From: Hormiphora californensis | Lineage: Eukaryota > Animalia > Ctenophora | Assembly (NCBI GenBank): GCA_020137815.1 | Contig: CM035355.1 | Span: 6,634,001 to 6,698,000 of the forward strand | Reading direction: 5' to 3' | DNA: 64,000 nucleotides | Part shown: positions 12,208 to 64,000 of the stretch, piece after piece | Position numbering within the stretch: the first letter of the stretch is position 1 | Layout: each line of letters starts with the position of its first letter | Notes under the pieces: model-generated | Database searches by the model: none | What the model was told of the DNA's origin: nothing | Seen by the model: the letters and a program-made list of their open reading frames with translations, nothing else | Translations under genes and position numbers: made by a program

Positions 12208-15200
12208 AGAATGAGAGAGAGAGATAGACGCAATCGAGAGATAGAGATAGAGCGAGAGGAGATAGAGCAGAGTTATCGACTACTTCGTTAGTCTTCTGCT
12301 GAGCTCATCGCTCGTCTGCGCCGTGTCGTGTTGATTGCTCTTTTTGCTTCTGCTTGTGTGTAGTTGTTCTGGCTCGTCGTTCGCTCTCTCTCTGCTCCGC
12401 TCTCCGTCCCGTCCTTGTCTCTTCGTTTGTTGTGCGTGTTGTGTGTTGGTTTTTTTGTTGTCTATCCGAGCTCTCTCGCCAGCTGGGGATCTAGCTACCG
12501 AACGCACTCGAATTACTTATGAGTGAGATATCGATGTTTTCGATGATTCGACGACAATTTTCTTTGTATGTGTTTAAGAAAAAGAGTTCCCAATATAACA
12601 ATAACAATAACAAATCGATTTTACACACGCTCAGACCTTACACATACAAGATTCCGGGATAATAGAACACTACAAAAGCATCATATCGGTTAGTCACTCC
12701 CTGTAAACAGTAGAGTCACAAAGTTCACACCTGCACCTCTCTGTTATACTGATAAGTTTAAGAAACTCTTCCCAGTTCCAACTTCCAGGATCAGATGCCC
12801 TCTTCAATCTTCTCTCACGGCCTTTAAATCCAGATATTGCTACACGTCCAAGTGATAGTCTGTCATGATCTTTCCTGAGAGAATTTATTTGTCGTGAGAG
12901 TAATAGAGAAGATCAAGGGGCAGAGAGAGAGGGGGGAGAATGATATCACTTGTAATAAAGCACCCTACCTATTCTGAGCGGTACCTAAGCGGTAAGTTTT
13001 GCCTTAATTTGGACACAATTTTTACAGTTTTGGTCATAACCCATCCATTTCTAGGCCAAATTGTAAAATCTTGGGCCCAAGATTCTACAATTTGGCCAAG
13101 AAATGGAGGAGTTATGACCAAATTTGTAAAAAATTGTGTCGAAATCAAGGCAACACTTCCTGCTTACCACTCAGAAAATAACTACAGGGTGGGCTAGAAA
13201 GGTGGATCCACTTTGTAATAACTAGTGTTTCGTTCTCCTATCTACTGTGTAATTTTCACGGTCTATTGATTAGAAAAAGTGGAGAAAGTGTCCCTGAGGA
13301 TTGCGATGACTGACATGTTAACACGTTGAAATTTGGATCCGTAAAACGGAGAGAGGATTGTATTTTTCCAAGTCTTATATCCAAGTGGATCCGTGGTTCT
13401 GGCCCACCCTGTATTTCACTGTGATAATTTTACGACTAACACAAGAAGGACAGGAAAAGAGGAAGGGGAAGGACCAGTGAGTGTGATAATAGATTCTCTA
13501 ATAGGGAAGGGTAGGCAGTAGCATTCGGCCAAGGGCGTGCACAGACTCCCCAAGCTTGACCATGCCCATATGTGGGCAAGATTTTGACCAAACTTGGACA
13601 TTTGACCAAGCTTGGAGAGTAAAAACTGAAACTAATTCATAACATATTGAAAACCACTGAACCCGACTAATTTTGATACGCTGAACAACGTTAGCAACTT
13701 TACCAATCCGGCCGAGATCGGAAAAGTGTCCTAATTGAGTATATTTGGGTCTTAATGACCCCATTTACAACTTTTCGCCTGGAAAAAATAGATGCTTATG
13801 CGAGGGCACTATTCCGACTAATTCTGATACGGTGAATCACGTAAGCGACCTTTACAATCCCTCAGAGGTCGGGAAAGTACCTTAATTCAACAATTAAGGC
13901 CAATTATACTTCATTGGGGCATGGGCACTTTATCGACCTCTGGAAAAGTTGCTTACGTGATTCAGCGTATCTTAATTAGTCGGAAAAGTGTCCTCACATA
14001 AGCATCTATCATTTCCAGGTGAAAAGTTGTAAATGGGGTCATTATGTAATGAATTAGTTTCAGTTTTTACTCTCCAAGCTTGGTCAAATGACCAAGTTTG
14101 GTCAGTCTGTGCGACTTGGTCAAAATCTTGCCCACATATGGGCATGGTCAAGCTTGGGCAGTCTGTGCACACCCCAATAATTGTTATTAATGAGAGCGTT
14201 TTCTTACCAAATATGAAGAATACTGTAATCGATAGAGGTTTGAAACTGAATCCAACATTAGCCATCCCGATATCATTACAATGCCTGGGGAAGGAGTGAG
14301 GGTTAGAATTCGCCAGAGAATCAAGAAATCGAGGGGAGGGTTACAAATTTACAAAATAAATCCATCCTCCATTCTCTCTCCACCATCTCAGCTCTCCATT
14401 TTTCTCTCTATTCTTTCTCTCTCTACCCTCTCAGCTCTCCATTTTTCTCACTCCATTCTCTCTCCACCCTCTCAGCTCTCCATTTTTCTCTCTCCACTCT
14501 CTCCACCCTCTCCATACTTTCTATGGCTCACATCACACAGGGTGACAGTGTACAAAGGGCTAGGCCCTATGCATCATGTAGTGTTGGCAATAAATAAGAA
14601 TAATTAGTCAGGAACATGAGACAAATAAACATGTTCTTTCTTGTTACCTGGTAATAATGGTTGTTTATTAGGATACAGCAGAGGGGTGGACCACCGAAAA
14701 CACCGTTGAGACTTGAATGTGGAATTCACGGCATAACGTAATAACTTCCGTCTTTAGAGCCACCTCGATAGCCACAGGTAATCCTGCCTGAAAGGGTTAA
14801 GATTGTTACCAACAGGTATTTATGAGGTCGATGGCCGAAGCAGTGACAATTATCCTATCCAAAACCAAAAAAGCAACATTCGAGTTGCCCTGTTTTTAGC
14901 AAGAGACTGTCGTCACTCGCCATGTTTGTGTTGAAAAATGTTTGTGTTGAAAAATTGGGTTCAAGTTCCAAATTAGAACTTTCTGGCGGCGCCAGAACCC
15001 ATTTTGACAGTATGCTCAGATCGGGTCGGCGATGCCAGACAGAATCAGAACGATTTTCATACCTGCTAAGTCTTTTCAGAGATATAGTATATACAGTGGG
15101 CTCGCACAGGGACAAAGAGCAAGGAGCATATGTCAAAGAGGACAACTCAACACGTCTGATCATGCCTGAAGGGAACAGAGAACAAACTGACAAATGAGGA

Positions 15201-15365
15201 GATTCCTTTCTTCTCTTGGAGAACAAAGAGATCTCCTCATCCAACGCGACAATTTCGCCGACATGTCAAATTTCTGGTGGCCATGGCTTGATCGATTTCG
15301 CGAAATTTCGTGGACGCGCACTAAATTTGGTGCGCGCCACGCGACACTCATTAAAAATTCGACTT
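11790..15365. mobile_element. 3.6-kb non-autonomous TIR element with TA target duplication
   Basis: TIR AAGTCGAATT..AATGAGTGTCG; TA duplicated within the host MITE (intact: gatcgTAgagacc). Internal palindromes at ~12958-13192 and ~13534-14173. Confidence 0.8.
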
Positions 15366-16557
15366 TAGAGACCTGCGACCAAGCTTAATCGATTCAGAAG
15401 GTCCGATTTTGGGGGGTCTTCTGAGAGACATTTTGCTCCTACTCCAACCGTTTTTGCTGTAACTGCAAAAAACCAATTCTATGAAAAGGGGGAACAACCC
15501 TATTCCAGTAGCCTGCTTCGGGCTGATTTCCCCCTTACTTGCTGATACCTTTTTCGCAGTTACAGCAAAAACGGTTGGAGTAGGAGCAAAATGTCTCTCA
15601 GAAGACCCCCCCAAAATCGGACCTTCTGAATCGATTAAGCTTGGTCCCAGGTCTCTACGATCATCCGTTTTGGAGATACAGGGAATTTCCCTCTTTTTCA
15701 AAAAGACGGGTTTCACAAAACAAGCTCTGTACACCACATCTTTGGCGGAAAAGTTCCAAAATTTTTGGGCCACATAGATAATCGTTTTGAGCAACTATTT
15801 CCAGATTTTCATCTCTAATGAAGCATGGGAACATTCTCAGCCAGCGTGTCAAAGACGCAAAAAAGTAAACCGTTCTCATGGCCAGAAATAAGCTCCATTT
15901 CAAAAATCCTTCTTTAGGCTTATTTACCTTTATATTCTCTTCAAATTCCAAAAATTTAATGTTTCTATCTCAAAAAAAGTGGTCCCGAGGTTAAAAATTC
16001 CAACAAAAATTGAAAAAACGCCACTTTGAAAATAGGCTGTAGCAAAAATACGAATTCGACTTTAGGGCTAAAATTGCATAATTGAGGTCCATTTTGTATG
16101 GCCTAAACCCTGGTGAAGTCATTTGGTTGGGCACTCGATGATAAAAAACGCCAGGTGTACCCTTAATGCGCGGCGTCATTTTGCAGCGCAAACGGTACAT
16201 TTTAGCGCGTGTAACAAATTAACCTGCGCTTTTCAGCACTGATCTTGCCATGAGGTTGCGCGAAATACCCTTCAGAGATGACATCGCGCGCTTCGTTTTC
16301 GGTCCGGAGCGGGAGATGGCCCGAATTTGGGACACACTTTCCCAAACTCGTATATGTGTTTGTTTAACTTTTAAGAGATAAGAGATCAAGAGACAAGATC
16401 AGGAAAATGAACAAGATAAACCGCCTTTTTCCCATTGAAAATATAAAAGTTATGGATAGGTAATTTTTTTGAAAAAATAAAAATCACTTAAGTCTTAAAA
16501 TTAAGTCAAAATCAAGTCTGCTCTGGTTCATGTCTCCATGCAAAATATATCAATTTT

Positions 16558-57766
<41,209 letters not shown>

Positions 57767-57984
57767 TGCTTTAAGGTTTATACAGTCAAAATTTAATTTT
57801 CGGTTCCTGATGAGATCATCATCATCATCAATTAACATTTAATATACCGCTTTATAGCATACATTGGTAAGATATCACTTAAAAAAGAAAAAACTTAGCG
57901 GATACCTTCCTGCTTTCAAAAGCGGTTTTACTCTATTTGATCAATAAATTAGAGTCCATGAGCTAGTAGTGTTTATACAAATGT

Positions 57985-58977
57985 TCAAGTGTCCCTTGGT
58001 GCTTCTAACACCCTCTTTCCACGGATTATGAAGTGGGTTCCAGGGGACTGCTTTACCTTCTCCTTCAGTTCAACAACAAGCTTCTTCCGTTCTTTCCGTT
58101 CTTCTACTGTTCTATCAGGAGATATAAAGACTTTGCCAAACTTGTCGTTCCCTTTCAGCAGGGATTTCTTCGACAGGATTGAAATTTGAGCGTCTCTGCT
58201 CCTCAGCACGACTTTCACAGGTCTTGCCGATGAGGACTGCTTTCCCAAGCGCTCGGCGGATTGCACTTTCGGAGCCTCTTCAAGCTCACCGAAAAGAGAC
58301 TTAATTTGAGTTTCAAGCTTCTCACCATTTACATTGTCTTTCAACTCTTCCAATCCATGGATGATGATGTTACACCCACGGTCCTCCGATGCTGCCACGA
58401 TTGCCGATTGAATCTTCTTTGGAGCCAGGGCCGAGGCACACTCCTTCTCCAAAACGGCTGCAAAGCTCTTCATTTCCTGTTGTGCTGTTGACTGCACAGC
58501 TGTTATCTCAACCTCCCTCTTCTCAAGTAATTGCCTCTGGATTTTCAGGAGCTCCTCTTGTGCAGCCACTAGATTTCTTTGGGTTTTTATGAGCTCTGTA
58601 CTATGTATTTTGAGCTCTTTCTCCAGCTGGTTTATCCTCAAGGTTTCGCAACCCACTGCTAACAACTCTTCAGTAACTGGAAAGGTCTGTTCCATAAGAA
58701 TACGGCATGCATCCTCGACAAGGTCTAAAAGCACTGGCTTGGTCAGTGCATTGAGTTTGGTTCTGGAGGGAACCTTCAGATCATTCCAAACTTCCGCTGT
58801 CTGTGGTCCGTACTGCTGCACTCTGTTCGGGTTTATTTCACCGAACCCACCGGTTCGGGTTAATACCTCGCTTACCCACTCCACGGTTTGTTCTTGACAG
58901 TATCGAACGTGTTCTTCTTCCACATCTGTTTCCCGCAGGTAGGTCCGCGTATCTAGTTCATCATCAGAGCTTTCCAT
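57985..58977 (-). CDS. Stand-alone LINE ORF1-like protein (coiled coil + RRM-like region, 330 aa)
   Basis: RGCNIIIHGLEE, RLGK..RPVKV and VFISPDRTVEERKERK motifs typical of CR1-group ORF1; no ORF2 follows. Confidence 0.75.
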   Translation of the reverse strand: MESSDDELDTRTYLRETDVEEEHVRYCQEQTVEWVSEVLTRTGGFGEINPNRVQQYGPQTAEVWNDLKVPSRTKLNALTKPVLLDLVEDACRILMEQTFPVTEELLAVGCETLRINQLEKELKIHSTELIKTQRNLVAAQEELLKIQRQLLEKREVEITAVQSTAQQEMKSFAAVLEKECASALAPKKIQSAIVAASEDRGCNIIIHGLEELKDNVNGEKLETQIKSLFGELEEAPKVQSAERLGKQSSSARPVKVVLRSRDAQISILSKKSLLKGNDKFGKVFISPDRTVEERKERKKLVVELKEKVKQSPGTHFIIRGKRVLEAPRDT

Positions 58978-59164
58978 CTTCTTGCTGCCCTCTTGGGCTC
59001 TTACATAGACATTTGCTGAAACTCAAATTAATTTGTTTAAAGTAGTGTTGAAAAGTTTGAAAAAAGATAGAGAGTTCACCTCGGATGTAAGACCTCTTTC
59101 CAACGTTAAGAACTCTCTTATCAGGAAGCCGGAAGCCCCAACCAAGGGACAGTTGAAAAAATGT

Positions 59165-59445
59165 TCGGAGACCGGTCGGTCACGGGCGCCGTTACGATCT
59201 GGGTGTTTCGTGGCCTGTTTACAGGTGCGCACTGCCAAAAAAGTTGATTCACTAAAATGGCTCTAACCGCCAAACCGCTTAACCGTTTTGGCTAATTCAA
59301 AGTTTATGTGGTAGAAAATGTCAAGGCCTAACCCCGACCCAAACCCCGACCCTAACCCTAACCCTAAATTAGCCCTAACCCTGAAGAACCGTTTGTCAGC
59401 ACTCACGAAACACCCAGATTTTTACGCTGGCCGACCGGTCGTTTT
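59165..59445. mobile_element. Inverted-repeat element with an internal (CCCTAA)-like tract (Helentron/DINE-like?)
   Basis: ACCGGTCGG..CTGGGTGTTTCGTG is inverted at CACGAAACACCCAG..CCGACCGGT; CCCTAA repeats at 59328-59381. Confidence 0.45.
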
Positions 59446-60006
59446 GAAAAACTTTTTCGTCTTAATCGGTCGCCGCGCGCCAGATGCAGCGCAATATTTG
59501 GGCAACTCGACGCCGCGCGACCCGATTCCACAACAAAAATCCGAATTTTTTTCGTTGAGACCGAAATTTTCCCACCGTTTCCCACCGGCCCTGTGTCCGC
59601 TAACGTTCAGGGATCCGGAATCGGGGCTGGGTCGTAAATGTCGTATATGTCGGTACTTTGTTTAGATTTTATATGTTGCCAACTGAAGTGATATTCGTCA
59701 TTCGATGACTTAGCGGCTGCTCCGCACCTAGGCCACACCCTCGCTGCTCGCAGGGGCTCCGGCCCTGCTTTTTCAATTTTAGCTCGTTTTCCAACTTTTA
59801 CAAATGACAGTAATCTTTGTAAAAAAGCTTACATTTATTAACCCGGTTTAGATCTAATGTTACTCTCTCGTTTAGAAAAGTGCAGCTGTAGCCGAGTGAG
59901 AGAAGGGAGGAATAGTTTGCATGTGGTGTAGGACTGAGGAAGACTGCAACAGAAGAGAGGGTGTACCAACGTGGTAGTGTGGTGTTACTACCCCCTACGA
60001 TAGTAT

Positions 60007-63458
<3,452 letters not shown>

Positions 63459-64000
63459 GTGAGTGACGAGTGTGTGTGTGTGTGTGTGGTATTTTAATTG
63501 CTCTTTTAAAAAAGGTTACTTGTAGCAATTGAAGTGCGGGGCACTAACAGGAGTTTGTTTGCTCTAAGAGCGGAATTCGTTTGTAATAGTAAGGGGGCCG
63601 GGGGTCGGGAGTAGAAGTATGATATCAGGATTCAGGGTAACGGAAATTGGAAAAATATAGAGTGAAAAATGAGAACGGTAACTAGACAGAGAGAAAAGAG
63701 ACGCAGAGAAACGGAATAGAGATACCGAGAAAGAGATAAAGACACAGAGAAAAAGATAGAAACAGACAGAGAAAAAGAGAGGGGGTATAATGATGAAGAA
63801 AAATATGGAATATATATTCGGGACAATGGATATGAAAGCGCATTGAATGTTTCTACGACGGTGTATGTGTGTGAAGAGAGGATAAAGAGAGACAAATATA
63901 TATATCACGTTTTGCAGTAGCTCTCAGTGGCATTAGATCACCTCTTGGCTCTTAGTATTCTTTCTTTCTTGCTATCATCTACCTCCCCTCTATCGCTCTC

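Larger units (their letters stand above)
2857..16162. mobile_element. Kolobok-like foldback MITE split into three pieces (2857-3245, 11671-11789, 15366-16162) by two nested insertions
   Basis: TTAA flanks and GGGTACACCTGG...CCAGGTGTACCC termini. The three pieces join colinearly into a copy of the intact element at 23676-24978. Confidence 0.9.

Noticed and set aside
59328-59381. Telomere or chromosome-fusion remnant
   Set aside because: Only a few degenerate CCCTAA units inside an inverted-repeat element

Overview
Eukaryotic (animal) genomic DNA with GT-AG introns and many repeats. It is probably a ctenophore of the Pleurobrachia/Hormiphora type; this is an inference from the nested genes, the splice acceptors just before start codons and repeat motifs I recall. 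A 41-kb, 22-exon C1-tetrahydrofolate synthase (MTHFD1) gene on the minus strand (16558-57766) dominates the window. Its introns hold four apparently intact antisense genes (a BTB protein, two rhodopsin-class GPCR paralogs and a GPI-anchored Ly6/uPAR-like protein), an L2/CR1-group LINE split by a MITE, and stacked DNA transposons. Flanking genes are a small coiled-coil gene, an RIIa/D-D domain gene, a stand-alone LINE ORF1-like gene and the 5' part of a TAO kinase. The main finding is multi-kb non-autonomous DNA transposons carrying host genes. (1) An 8.4-kb element with TIRs and an AT target duplication (3246-11670) sits inside a young TTAA-flanked MITE and carries two intact, intron-containing 8-finger C2H2 genes whose recognition helices have diverged. 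(2) A 7.4-kb TAG...CTA element (18291-25661) carries co-oriented exon fragments, including PDE8-like exons. Also notable are a hammerhead-like Penelope-type insertion and a 15-copy tandem array of an MTHFD1 splice donor. All calls were made by eye; no searches were run.
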